64,000 nucleotides of DNA from Terriglobia bacterium (GTDB lineage: Bacteria > Acidobacteriota > Terriglobia > JAJPHL01 > JAPKYU01). Made by a program: the position numbers and the translations under genes. A model generated the notes under the pieces. It made no database searches and had not been told where the DNA came from. It worked only from the letters and a program-made list of their open reading frames with translations. The DNA is taken from assembly GCA_965206645.1 (NCBI GenBank), contig CBDBKE010000004.1, positions 1,632,001 to 1,696,000 on the forward strand, written 5' to 3'. Below, piece by piece: positions 16,676 to 25,831 of this stretch. Position 1 is the first letter of the stretch. Each line of letters starts with the position of its first letter.

Positions 16676-19099
16676 CTACCTCCTGGACAGGTGTTCAATG
16701 GCCTCGGTGAGGCCATACTGTTTGACTGCTTCCGCCCGCTTCTGAGCATCGATCGGCGACGAGGTATAGAGCCAATAGCTGGCCGGATCGACTTCGAGGC
16801 GCAAGATGCCCGCCGCGTCGGTGCGCCGTAGATAAAGCTCCCGTTTGGGGATCAAGCCGCGAATGGTGTTCATTTCCGAAGGGTTCAGCCGGAAGGTGTC
16901 TGCGGCTTTCTCCGGCAAGTCGGGGTTGGCAAGGAATAGCTTGGTCGGCATGGATTCGAGCAACGCTTCCGCCCCTGCAGTTCCGGTTACGTCCACGGCG
17001 CTCTGCGTGGCGACGACGAGCGCCGCGTTCTTCTTGCGCCAGGTCTTGGCGGCTTCGGCCAGGTAGCCGAGAATGGCCGGGTCTTTCAGGTAGCGCCACG
17101 CTTCATCGACCACCATGAGTTTTACCCTTGCGGCCTCATCCGGGTTCTCCAAAGCTAGCCGCAACCGTTCGAGAAGGTAGAACAGCGCTGCTTCGCAGAG
17201 GTCTTCGTGCTCCGCCGCGCCCGCCATGTCGATCACCTGCCAGTCCTGGAAGTTGAGATCGTCTCCGTCTGCCGGGTTGTCAAAGTACCTGGCCCACGCG
17301 CCGGCTCCGTGCCAACGCCCCAAAGCGGGCCACATCTTTGCGGGAAGAGAACGGACCAGCACCCCAAGGGTCCGCCGCTGGGGTGCAAAGGCATAGAGGT
17401 CTTCGACGCGGGCGCGGATCTCGCTGGGGTCTTCGCCGCTGAGTTTCCACCCGCCGATCCTCAACAGACGCGATATCCAGCCGGTGAGGAACTGGAAGCT
17501 CCGCTCCCCGACCGGGAGCGAGAAGGGGCGCAACCGGAAACCGGCGCTCCCGCTCCCGTCGGGGGATAGCTCCATATAGCCGCCCCCGAGAAACTGCGTG
17601 AGCCAGCGATAGGAGCCGCCTAGATCAAGAATGAGAACACGCGGATCGTATTGGAGCGCCTGAACCAGCAGGAAATTGAGCAAGAAACTTTTACCCGCGC
17701 CGGTGGCGCCGAGAACCAGCGTGTGCCCCACGTCGCCCTGAAACAAATCGTAGTGATAAGGGGTGCGCCATCGCGTTTCGAGGATCGCCAGCGCCGGCTT
17801 CCGCAAGTGGCCGCTCCGGGGTGTCCCCACCGGCGGCCCGAAGATCGGGGCCATCGAAGCGACCGCGCCCGCCGATACAAACACGGATCGGACCTGCCGC
17901 CGTCGCGGTTGCGCGGGCATCCGCGAGAACCAGGCCGGAAGCTGCCCGTAACCCTCCCGGATTACCTTGGCGTCGTGGCTGGCAAAGATGCGCCGAATAT
18001 CTCCGTCCAGGCCCTCGGTCTCCGATAGCGGGCCGTGGATCGCCACGGTCAGGGCAAGGTCGCCGTAGGCGATACCGTCCGTCTCCAACTCGACCAGGGC
18101 ATCGCCCAGCCGGTCGGATTCCGCCGCCGCTGCCGTGTCCACCATCGCCGACGTCGTCCCTTCGGTTTCCTGAACGTGCGCGGACATCGAGTAGCGCTTC
18201 GAGAAGTAATGCCGCTGCGCCCCACGGATTTTGCGCCGGGCGGCATCGAGGCGCTGCGGCCGCCATTCGAGCGTGACGGTCATGGTTGCATCGAGCCGGT
18301 AAAGACCCTGTAGAAGATTGGCGCGAGCTGCAGCGGGAGGCGAAAGCAGCGAGTAGAGAATGACGGGTTCCCCGTCCAGGCGCAGATTGCGCCGCTCCGC
18401 TTCGAGCTCGGAAACGGCCAGCCGCCAATTCATGCCGCTGCCCCTCGCGCCGTCCCAAAAGGTTCCAGGCCGGTTCGTGAGTTCATTCAAGACGAGAGAC
18501 GCATCCCGCGCTTCGAGCATCCGCACCGGCGTAAGGTCGTCGACCAGCGCCCGGCTCGCCTCGACCAGCTGCCGAAAGCCCGCCGCCGCCGATTCGATAG
18601 AGGAATGGAGGTAAACGGATTCATGCCGGTTCCGCCTCCGGGCCATCCAGTTCTTGGCATAGGCCATCCACCACGGCCCGCCCGTCCTCTCGGTGGTGAC
18701 GGCGGACAGGTGCGGATCGTGAACCCATGCGACGTAGGCGCTCACGTCCTGCACTCGATCCGCGAGGAACGACCGGCGCTTGCGCCGTCCGAGCGCAGCC
18801 ACGCTCGACGCCGCGCCGTCGGACTCGTCTGCAAAGTGGATCGGGCGGCGCAATAGATAGAAGTAAAGCCGCGTCCGGGAATCGAGCCCCGACAACATCC
18901 GCTGCCAGCGGTCGATCACCCGATCCAGTTGTTCGGGGGTCTGGCCGTCCAGGACGCTGGGCGTCATCCGCCCGATGCTCATAAGTTCTCCCGCCCGCGT
19001 CAGGCACGTTCGCCCATCTTCCAGCCAGCCCCACCAGGGCAGTTCCTCGGCCAGCGATCCCGCCGCTTCGTAGTCCAGGAGTTCGTCGTTCACGTTCAT
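16676..19099 (-). CDS. VirB4/TrbE ATPase
   Basis: DVGHTLVLGATGAGKS (Walker A), DLGGSY, MVVDEAW (Walker B), RKKNAALVVATQS. Confidence 0.94.
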   Translation of the reverse strand: MNVNDELLDYEAAGSLAEELPWWGWLEDGRTCLTRAGELMSIGRMTPSVLDGQTPEQLDRVIDRWQRMLSGLDSRTRLYFYLLRRPIHFADESDGAASSVAALGRRKRRSFLADRVQDVSAYVAWVHDPHLSAVTTERTGGPWWMAYAKNWMARRRNRHESVYLHSSIESAAAGFRQLVEASRALVDDLTPVRMLEARDASLVLNELTNRPGTFWDGARGSGMNWRLAVSELEAERRNLRLDGEPVILYSLLSPPAAARANLLQGLYRLDATMTVTLEWRPQRLDAARRKIRGAQRHYFSKRYSMSAHVQETEGTTSAMVDTAAAAESDRLGDALVELETDGIAYGDLALTVAIHGPLSETEGLDGDIRRIFASHDAKVIREGYGQLPAWFSRMPAQPRRRQVRSVFVSAGAVASMAPIFGPPVGTPRSGHLRKPALAILETRWRTPYHYDLFQGDVGHTLVLGATGAGKSFLLNFLLVQALQYDPRVLILDLGGSYRWLTQFLGGGYMELSPDGSGSAGFRLRPFSLPVGERSFQFLTGWISRLLRIGGWKLSGEDPSEIRARVEDLYAFAPQRRTLGVLVRSLPAKMWPALGRWHGAGAWARYFDNPADGDDLNFQDWQVIDMAGAAEHEDLCEAALFYLLERLRLALENPDEAARVKLMVVDEAWRYLKDPAILGYLAEAAKTWRKKNAALVVATQSAVDVTGTAGAEALLESMPTKLFLANPDLPEKAADTFRLNPSEMNTIRGLIPKRELYLRRTDAAGILRLEVDPASYWLYTSSPIDAQKRAEAVKQYGLTEAIEHLSRR

Positions 19100-19102
19100 G
19101 CG

Positions 19103-19399
19103 CTATCTCCGAATCAGGATCGTCCAGGGAGCCGCCGCCCATTTGCCGGGATCGTAGCGGACCCGGAACTTGGCCGAGGCTCGCAGGATTTCGAGCATGT
19201 TGGGGTCTTGTTTCCAGGCCCAAAATCCCACGCCGTAGAGCACCCCGAAAATGACTCCCCCGGTCACAATGGAGTTGATGGCGTTCCACATGGCAAGGCC
19301 CAACGTCGCGCTCAGAAGAAACCAGCGCCGTTCCACGCCCATGATCGTTAGGGGTTTACTGAGCGCCGGGTAGCCGCGCCACGTCTTGCCGCGCTCCAT
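19103..19399 (-). CDS. VirB3/TrbD
   Basis: LSKPLTIMGVER, two TM segments, KQDP, located between the pilin and virB4. Confidence 0.88.
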   Translation of the reverse strand: MERGKTWRGYPALSKPLTIMGVERRWFLLSATLGLAMWNAINSIVTGGVIFGVLYGVGFWAWKQDPNMLEILRASAKFRVRYDPGKWAAAPWTILIRR

Positions 19400-19692
19400 C
19401 AGAAGAGCCACGCCAGAAAGTTGGCCGCGCCCATGGCCATGCCAAGACCGAAGACGATCCCGGCCAGGGCCTTTTTGCTGCCGCCTTCACCAAAGGCGAA
19501 CATGAGTCCGCCCACCACGATGGCAATCAAGCTCAGTCCTCGCGCAATGGGTCCGGTGAACGCCGCCTGCAGCACGTCTATGGCTTGCAGCCAGGGGCTC
19601 GTTCCCTGCGCCATGAGTTCTCCCGCCGATAGTGCAAGGATGCTCACCAGCAGCGCTCCTCGCTTCCAGGTGATTAAGTTGTTGGTGTTCAT
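19399..19692 (-). CDS. VirB2/TrbC pilin
   Basis: MAQGTSPW...AFTGPIARGLSLIAIVVGGLMFAFGE is a TrbC pattern. Confidence 0.9.
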   Translation of the reverse strand: MNTNNLITWKRGALLVSILALSAGELMAQGTSPWLQAIDVLQAAFTGPIARGLSLIAIVVGGLMFAFGEGGSKKALAGIVFGLGMAMGAANFLAWLF

Positions 19693-19724
19693 GCTTCCCT
19701 CCGTGTCTGTTGGGTTGTTGCGCG

Positions 19725-20048
19725 TCAGGCTCCGGGAAACTGCCCCCGGTCCTCTTGTTCCAGTTTCTCGGCAAGCTCGGTTTGCCCGCCCTCGCCGCGC
19801 CGGATGGACCGCTCCATCAGATCGACCTTGCGGCCCATGTCGGCCAGCCCCAAGGCGCGGGCGGCGGAGTAGATCACGACCATAAGCGTCACCACGGCCA
19901 GCCCGCCATGCCACGCGACGGGTAGCCAGTAGTCGGTTGCGATGATTCCTAAGTACGGCTTGAGATAAGCGAAGCTCTCGCCGGCGAGCATCAAGGCCAC
20001 GGCCAGGATGATGGCCGTCAGTCCAATGCTGATCTTCCACGGTTGCAT
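19725..20048 (-). CDS. Small membrane protein of unknown function
   Basis: Two hydrophobic helices and a charged C-terminal helix, with an RBS, co-directional in the operon. Confidence 0.7.
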   Translation of the reverse strand: MQPWKISIGLTAIILAVALMLAGESFAYLKPYLGIIATDYWLPVAWHGGLAVVTLMVVIYSAARALGLADMGRKVDLMERSIRRGEGGQTELAEKLEQEDRGQFPGA

Positions 20049-20058
20049 CGCTTCTCCC

Positions 20059-20964
20059 TCAGAGTTCGATGGAGCCCTTGTCTCGTCTGCCGCCGCTTCC
20101 TCCTCCGCCTCCGGTGCTGTGGTCCTGGCCGAGCGCCCGCGCCACTCGTGCCGCCGCCCGCCCATTGCTTCCATGCACGGCGAATCCAGCGGCGGCTTTT
20201 GCGCCGATACTCTTGGCGCTGTAGTGCTCGGTCGCAATCTCCACGTTCACGCGCCCGCTGCGGCCATCGATGTCGCTGTACTCAAGCTGAGCGTCCGGGT
20301 ACTCCACCCGTCCATCCTTGACGGGGAGCCCCAGCGCCTCCGCCGCCTGGAACCGTGCAGCGTCCGCCGCCTCCTTTCCGCCTCGCGCTCTCGCGCTTTC
20401 CGTGGCGCGGGCGATCTCGCGCTTGAGTTCGGCGTCAATGCGGACCCGCTTGAGGACGGCTCCTTGTTCGAGCAACCGCACTTGCTCAATCCTTGCGGCT
20501 CGAAACACGGCCACGTCATGTTGAAGCTCTCCGGGCTTCACGAGCCCGCTCCATGCCTTCTGCTCTTTGTCGAGTCCTTGTTCGCGGGCTACCCGCTCGG
20601 CCCGCTCTACTCCGCGCTCGGTGAGCGTGAGCACCTTGTAGGCGCCGCCTTGCGGCCCCTCGGCGCTGTGCTCCCGGACGTGCCCGGCACGAATCATGCG
20701 ATCCACAGCCCGACGCGCCGCGTAAGGGTGTCCATCGAAGTGAGCTTCGGCCATATCACGGTAGGCGACACTCCGATACATCCCCACGTCGGCCACCGCC
20801 CGATCTGCCCGCTCCTGGAAGTTCTGGCGCTCGGTGCAGGGATCGTATTCGCGCCGGTGGCCGTCGCGCTCCCGCTGTTCCCGCTCTTTGGTGTGGTCGC
20901 GCCTGGGGCGAGCTCCGGGCGTCCGGGTTCGGGGATCGCTGGCTAGGTCTCGCGGATCGAACAC
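20059..20964 (-). CDS. Putative relaxase of the PD-(D/E)XK class (MOBC / replication-relaxation-like)
   Basis: wHTH-like N-half, LQHD, and YPDAQLEY...VNVEIATEHY nuclease-like motif. No HUH relaxase occurs elsewhere in the ICE. Confidence 0.6.
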   Translation of the reverse strand: MFDPRDLASDPRTRTPGARPRRDHTKEREQRERDGHRREYDPCTERQNFQERADRAVADVGMYRSVAYRDMAEAHFDGHPYAARRAVDRMIRAGHVREHSAEGPQGGAYKVLTLTERGVERAERVAREQGLDKEQKAWSGLVKPGELQHDVAVFRAARIEQVRLLEQGAVLKRVRIDAELKREIARATESARARGGKEAADAARFQAAEALGLPVKDGRVEYPDAQLEYSDIDGRSGRVNVEIATEHYSAKSIGAKAAAGFAVHGSNGRAAARVARALGQDHSTGGGGGSGGRRDKGSIEL

Positions 20965-20973
20965 GACGGCTCC

Positions 20974-22059
20974 TTACCGGCTCAACCCAGCCTCGCGTTG
21001 GAGCCTCTGCGCGTGTTGTTCCGTGGATTGCTTCGGCGTCTGGCTGATCTGAGGCCCGCGAGCATGAGAATATTGGTGGCTCAACTCCGCCGCCGTCTTC
21101 TCCTTCACCGGGGCTTCGCGCTCGTGCTCGACCGCACGGTCCATGAGGTAATTGGTCATCTGTTGCGCGTCCCGCGCCGCTCTATGAATCTCGTGCGGGT
21201 CTTTTTCCAGGACCGCAACCCAATTCTCGACATAGGCCGCGCCGCGCTGCGGGTCATGCCCCACGCCCACGCGCTCCCCCGTCATCATGGCGCTGATCTC
21301 GGCCCGCAATTCCTCGCGGGCGTACTCAGGCGATCCAAAGCCCTTGTCCAGTCCTTCTTTGAGCGTGTCGCGGTTCATGCGGTCCGGGTGGCCGGTCGAG
21401 TGACCGCATTCGTGAAGCGCCGTTTGGTAGTAGCCGTTGCGCGTGGGGAATTGGGACGGCTCCGGGAGCACCACCTTGTCCTCGGCGATCCGATAGTAGG
21501 CCCGATCTCCGGCGACGTGCTCGACCCTCGGCCCGCTGGCCTCAATCACCTTCTCCGCATCGCGGTGAGCGTCCCATTCGGGCCGCGCTTGCGCCGGTCG
21601 CGGTTTCAACTCCAATCCGTCGACTTGCTCGACGTTGAACACCGTGTACTGTTTACAGATGGGATGGGAACGCTGCTCTTCTTCGTAGATCGTCTTGCCG
21701 TCCTTGTCTTTCAGCGTCTTGCCCTGCTCGTCCTTTGCGGTTCGTGCCGTCCGATCCGTGAAAAACAAGACCTGCGTCCCTTTCTCACCTTTGCGAACCT
21801 GCCCGCCCGCCGCTTGGATCTGGCCGTACGTTCCCCAACGGTTGTCTCCCCGGCCATCGCGGATACCCCTGCTCATCAGGTAGAGACTGTTGCCGCCCGT
21901 GTAGGATTTGCCGGTCGAGAAGTTTTCCGGGCTGCTCTGCTCCCCCGGCTTCCACGGCTTCTGCCACGGTGCAACTCCCGCCTTGATTTGTTCGATGAGT
22001 TCTCCGCTGACTTTCTCCGCGTAGTCTTCCCCGCGCTGCCAAAAGGATTTTTTAGCCAT
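20974..22059 (-). CDS. ardC: ArdC-family ssDNA-binding antirestriction protein (DUF1738 plus zincin-like domain)
   Basis: PWQKPW, GKSYTGGN, RWGTYGQIQAAGGQVRKGEKG, YTVFNVEQ, LHECGHSTGH, YAREELRAE. Confidence 0.9.
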   Translation of the reverse strand: MAKKSFWQRGEDYAEKVSGELIEQIKAGVAPWQKPWKPGEQSSPENFSTGKSYTGGNSLYLMSRGIRDGRGDNRWGTYGQIQAAGGQVRKGEKGTQVLFFTDRTARTAKDEQGKTLKDKDGKTIYEEEQRSHPICKQYTVFNVEQVDGLELKPRPAQARPEWDAHRDAEKVIEASGPRVEHVAGDRAYYRIAEDKVVLPEPSQFPTRNGYYQTALHECGHSTGHPDRMNRDTLKEGLDKGFGSPEYAREELRAEISAMMTGERVGVGHDPQRGAAYVENWVAVLEKDPHEIHRAARDAQQMTNYLMDRAVEHEREAPVKEKTAAELSHQYSHARGPQISQTPKQSTEQHAQRLQREAGLSR

Positions 22060-22076
22060 GCCCCGCCTCCATTTCT

Positions 22077-22268
22077 TTAGTCGTGCCGATCGCGCCGCGC
22101 CGCGTTGATCTCTTCCACGGTGCCCACGTCCTCGACCATCAAACCGATCTGCTCTCCGAGTTCCCACGTCAGTTCAACCGCGAGCCCACGGTTCAACGCC
22201 TCGTGAAATTCAGCCTCGGTTTCGACCGATAGGTATTTCTCGCCGTATTCTTCCTTCTCTTGCATCAT
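22077..22268 (-). CDS. Small acidic hypothetical protein
   Basis: 63-aa ORF MMQEKEEYGEK... whose start overlaps the upstream stop. Confidence 0.6.
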   Translation of the reverse strand: MMQEKEEYGEKYLSVETEAEFHEALNRGLAVELTWELGEQIGLMVEDVGTVEEINAARRDRHD

Positions 22269-22705
22269 CGTTTCTCCCTCTCCGGATCGATCTTCTTTAC
22301 ACCCACACGCCCACACAGGATGCAAACGGGTTGGATGGCGGTTTGGCGCCGCTGAAACCGGGGCCGACCCTGGAATACCTCCGCCAATGGCGTGCTCATT
22401 CCCGTTTCCGTCCATGGCTCCCCGACCTTGTCCGATCGACCCCTGCCGGCGGAAGTGTGATCTGTCACGCGCCCGAGGCGGCACCGTTCCCGGTATTCCC
22501 GCTGGCGTTGGCAATGGTCCTCGCGAACCTCCGGGTCCCGCTGGTAGCGGCGGTTGGCGCGCCGCCTCTGTTCGCGTCTCATCCGGCCTCGGCACCGATC
22601 CCCGCAGTAGACCTGCCCCCGATAGCAGCTCCTGCAGATGTAAAACATCACCCCGCAACCCGACCCTCGACAAAACAACTGTCGAAACACCACCTCTTGG
22701 GCCAT
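22265..22705 (-). CDS. Cys-rich (Zn-finger) and Arg-rich protein, first gene of the ICE operon
   Basis: Cx4C...CxxC-x6-CxxxC, then RMRREQRRRANRRYQR, and a C-terminal CxxC. GAGGGG RBS. Confidence 0.75.
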   Translation of the reverse strand: MAQEVVFRQLFCRGSGCGVMFYICRSCYRGQVYCGDRCRGRMRREQRRRANRRYQRDPEVREDHCQRQREYRERCRLGRVTDHTSAGRGRSDKVGEPWTETGMSTPLAEVFQGRPRFQRRQTAIQPVCILCGRVGVKKIDPEREKR

Positions 22706-22790
22706 CGCACCCCTCACGGGTGTGAATAACGGCCATCTGTCGTGGCACTCTGACCTTGCTGTAGCCGTGCCCTTTGACCAGGGCCGCCAT

Positions 22791-22819
22791 AAAAAAACCC
22801 GATCGCTCTAACGATCGGG
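22791..22819 (-). terminator. Intrinsic terminator-like hairpin upstream of the ICE operon
   Basis: CCCGATCG/CGATCGGG 8-bp stem with a 6-nt loop, followed by T7 on the minus strand. Confidence 0.65.
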
Positions 22820-22899
22820 GGTTTCCCTTTATCCGCGCCGCTCTACCTCACTAAAGACTCCGCTTCGGCGATGATGACGAACTTTAAACCGGCGAGGGT

Positions 22900-23094
22900 G
22901 TGCCCCAGGACTACGTCCAAGCCCACAAGTGGATCAACTTGACCGCTTCCCGAACTACTCCAGGAGAAGCGGAGGATCTCCGATTAGCGAGAGACAAACT
23001 GGCAGCGCAGATGACTGCTTCACAAGTCGCCAAAGCCCAGCGGTTGGCGTGGGAATGGCAACCGAAGACGTGGGAACAACTAAAGGGCGAGTAG
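22900..23094 (+). pseudogene. Sel1-repeat protein C-terminal remnant
   Basis: GVPQDYVQAHKWINL...AQRLAWEW, with no N-terminus. Confidence 0.7.
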
Positions 23095-23149
23095 GTCTTG
23101 CCGGGCTCAGATCACCACAGAGCTTCTGGGCCTATGGATGAAAAGAGTC

Positions 23150-23415
23150 ATGAAGCCGATGACCTGGTGTGCCGCTATGCTTGTTTCAACGTGGACCGCA
23201 GGTATAAGCTGATCCGGCGCTATCACGTGACGGACGCGGCTGTGCACGACAGCCAGGTGGTGGAAGACATTCTCGATCCCGACAAGACAGCCGCGGACGC
23301 ATGGGCGGACAGCGTCTACCAGTCGGCGGAGATCAAGGCCGTGCTGAAGGAGAAGGGCCTAAAGAGCCGGACCCACCGCAAGGGCCGCCGCAACAAGCCG
23401 CCGAGCGCACGATGA
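23150..23415 (+). pseudogene. IS5-family transposase fragment
   Basis: VDRRYKLIRRYHVTDAAVHDSQ, AWADSVY, RKGRRNKP. Confidence 0.75.
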
Positions 23416-23427
23416 GAGGATAGCCGT

Positions 23428-24475
23428 ATGCCGATTTACCGCATCGATAACAACAAACTTATTCCGATCGAACGCACAACGTTCGCGCAGCAAGGCTTGC
23501 GGGAGCGGCCTGATCTCCAGGCTCTTCTGAAATCCCAGATCGATGTGATCTCTCCGGATACGTTGATCGTGGCTGAGGAATTTGGCGACTGGGAGGACAG
23601 TCGGCGGCGCATTGATTTGCTGGGCATCGACAAAGGCGCCAACCTCGTCGTGATCGAACTAAAGCGCACGGAAGATGGCGGATATATGGAACTGCAAGCC
23701 ATTCGCTATGCCGCGATGATCTCCACGCTGACCTTTGACGAGTTGGTGACGAACTACGAGGGCTACCTGAGTAAAAACAATATTGAGCCGGGATGCGAAA
23801 GATAGTCTACTCGAGTTCCTGAACTGGAATGATTCGGATGGTGAGGAATTTGGCCAGAAAGTCAAAATCGTCCTCGTCTCGACCGAATTCACAAAAGAGC
23901 TGACAACGTCGGTGATGTGGCTAAACGACCTTGGGCTGGATATCCGCTGCGTCCGAATGCACCCTTACACAAATGATGGGCAGACCTTCCTAGACGTACA
24001 AACTATCATCCCTATCCCGGAAGCGGCCGATTACCAAGTCCGTATTCGGAAGCAGAAACAAAAAGAGCGGGAATCGAGACAAAGCGCACGGGATTTCACC
24101 AAGTACGACGTCAGCATCGCCGGTAAACAATACCGGGCACAAAGCAAACGCAAGATGATGTTTCTGCTTGTTTCAGAGGTGCTGGCGAACGGCGGCACGC
24201 CGCAGCAAGTCATGGAGGTCATACCCAGGCGAAAGTTCAAAGTCTTCGAGGGCACGTTGGATGCAGAGCAGGTCAAAGAACAGATCATGAAGGATGACGG
24301 CGGCGGGGCCGTGCCACGGTCGAGGCGGTTCTTCTGCGACGAAGACGAACCCTTCCATGTCGAGAACAAGACCTATGTCCTGGGCAATCAGTGGGGCACC
24401 AGCACACTCGATACCGCGAAATCGCTGGCCAAGATGTTCCCTAACCTAACAATCGATTACAAGCAGACCGTGTAA
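23428..24475 (+). pseudogene. NucS-like PD-(D/E)XK nuclease with extra C-terminal domain, frameshifted near 23785
   Basis: RRIDLLGIDKGANLVVIELKR...LQAIRYAA in ORF 23428-23805 continues in another frame in 23783-24475. Confidence 0.7.
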
Positions 24476-24807
24476 GCACACCGGTAGACCGACTGCCGCA
24501 GCAAGTCCGCGAAAGAAAACCGAGCATTGTTTGCCCGCGAATCGGTCAGGTGCTCGTCAATGAGTTCGCTGAATCCCAGACGCTCATCCAACTCCCGGAC
24601 CAGAATCAGTCCACCATTGGAAGTCACCCGTGATCCCTGAAACCCGACTCGCAGAAATCGGTTGAACGACAGCTGAAATCCCTGTTTTCCGCTCTCACCC
24701 ATTGGGTTTACGCCTCCGAACGCTCCGATTGATGCTGCAACCAGTATCAATATTGACGTTGGAGGTTAGCTGAAGGTTGCCGCTGCGTTTTCAAAAAGGA
24801 AATCCGG
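24476..24807 (-). mobile_element. IS1380-family remnant (left end and transposase N-terminus from 24702)
   Basis: FQGSRVTSNGGLILVRELDERLG...ADLLRQSVY, with a CCGGATTTCC terminus. Confidence 0.8.
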
Positions 24808-24921
24808 GTAAACACCATGAGTTCGCTAGGCTACTGGGTCTGACCGATTACCAGATGCTGGGAAAGAAGATGAAGGAGCACCCTGCTAGTACGTCAACTC
24901 TTTTGTCGGACGAGACACTAG

Positions 24922-25820
24922 AGGTGGTCTCAAGAATATCTCAGCATGATTTTGATGCATCCGAGTCGGACCATACCCAAGAAATTGTCGATGTGGTACT
25001 CGTAGCGCGTGACCCGGCGGCGAAACAGTTGCAGCCAAGCGAACAGACGCTCGACTGTCCAGCGCCGCCGATAGCGGCGTAAGGGCCGGCCGTCTTGCGT
25101 CGGGCGTGCCCGGTTGCTGCGGTGCGGAGCAATCATCTGCACCCCGTATTGTTCCTGCATCTGACGGTCTAACTTGTCACTGTCGTAGGCTTTGTCCCCG
25201 ATCAGTCGTTCGGGAAGCTGGTCGAGGAAGCTGTGGCCGAGGGCTTCTTCGACCAGTTGGCTTTCGTGGGGTGAAGCAGCCTGGATACTGACGGCGACAG
25301 CTAGACTGTTGCCAACGGTGATAGCCGTGATCTTCGTCCCCTTGCCTCGCTTGGTAGGACCAATCCCGAAGCCCCTTTTTGCGCCGCCGCAAAGGTCGCG
25401 TCGATAAAGGCTTCCTCCAGATTCAAGCGTCCCTCGGCTTGCAACCGGCGCGCCAGTTTCCGCAACGCCTTCGCCAGCGCCCCCGAACGCACCCACTGCT
25501 GAAAGCGGCGATGGCAGGTCTGGTACGGAGGATATGTTTCCGGTATCTCCCGCCACTGTGCCCTCGTCCCTAAAATCCACAACACGCCGTTCCGCACCGT
25601 GCGCGCCTCCTTCGGCGGTCGCCCCTTTCCATCGGGCCGCCGCTTCGACCGCAGGATCGGTTTCAACAAAGCCCACTGCTCGTCGCTGAGTTCCCAGCGT
25701 ACATGCACGGGTTTGGTTCCGCGTCAAATCGCCAGATCTTCTTCAGTTTTCCTCAACTCTTTTCCTCGCAACCTTCTTTCTTTTCTCCCCGTTGCCAAAG
25801 AACCATTTTTGAGACCAGCT
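24922..25820 (-). mobile_element. IS5-family element, transposase in two frames (25301-25708 and 24930-~25380)
   Basis: Inverted ends (CTAG)AGGTGGTCTCAAGAAT / (CTAG)AGCTGGTCTCAAAAAT. A5G4 run at the -1 junction. ELSDEQW, GDKAYDS and RRWTVERLFAWL motifs. Confidence 0.92.
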
Positions 25821-25831
25821 CTAGTAGAACT

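Noticed and set aside
20998-22080. Long antisense ORFs (also 41011-42318, 62641-63945, 13116-14129)
   Set aside because: They are shadows of well-supported genes in high-GC DNA and have no motifs.
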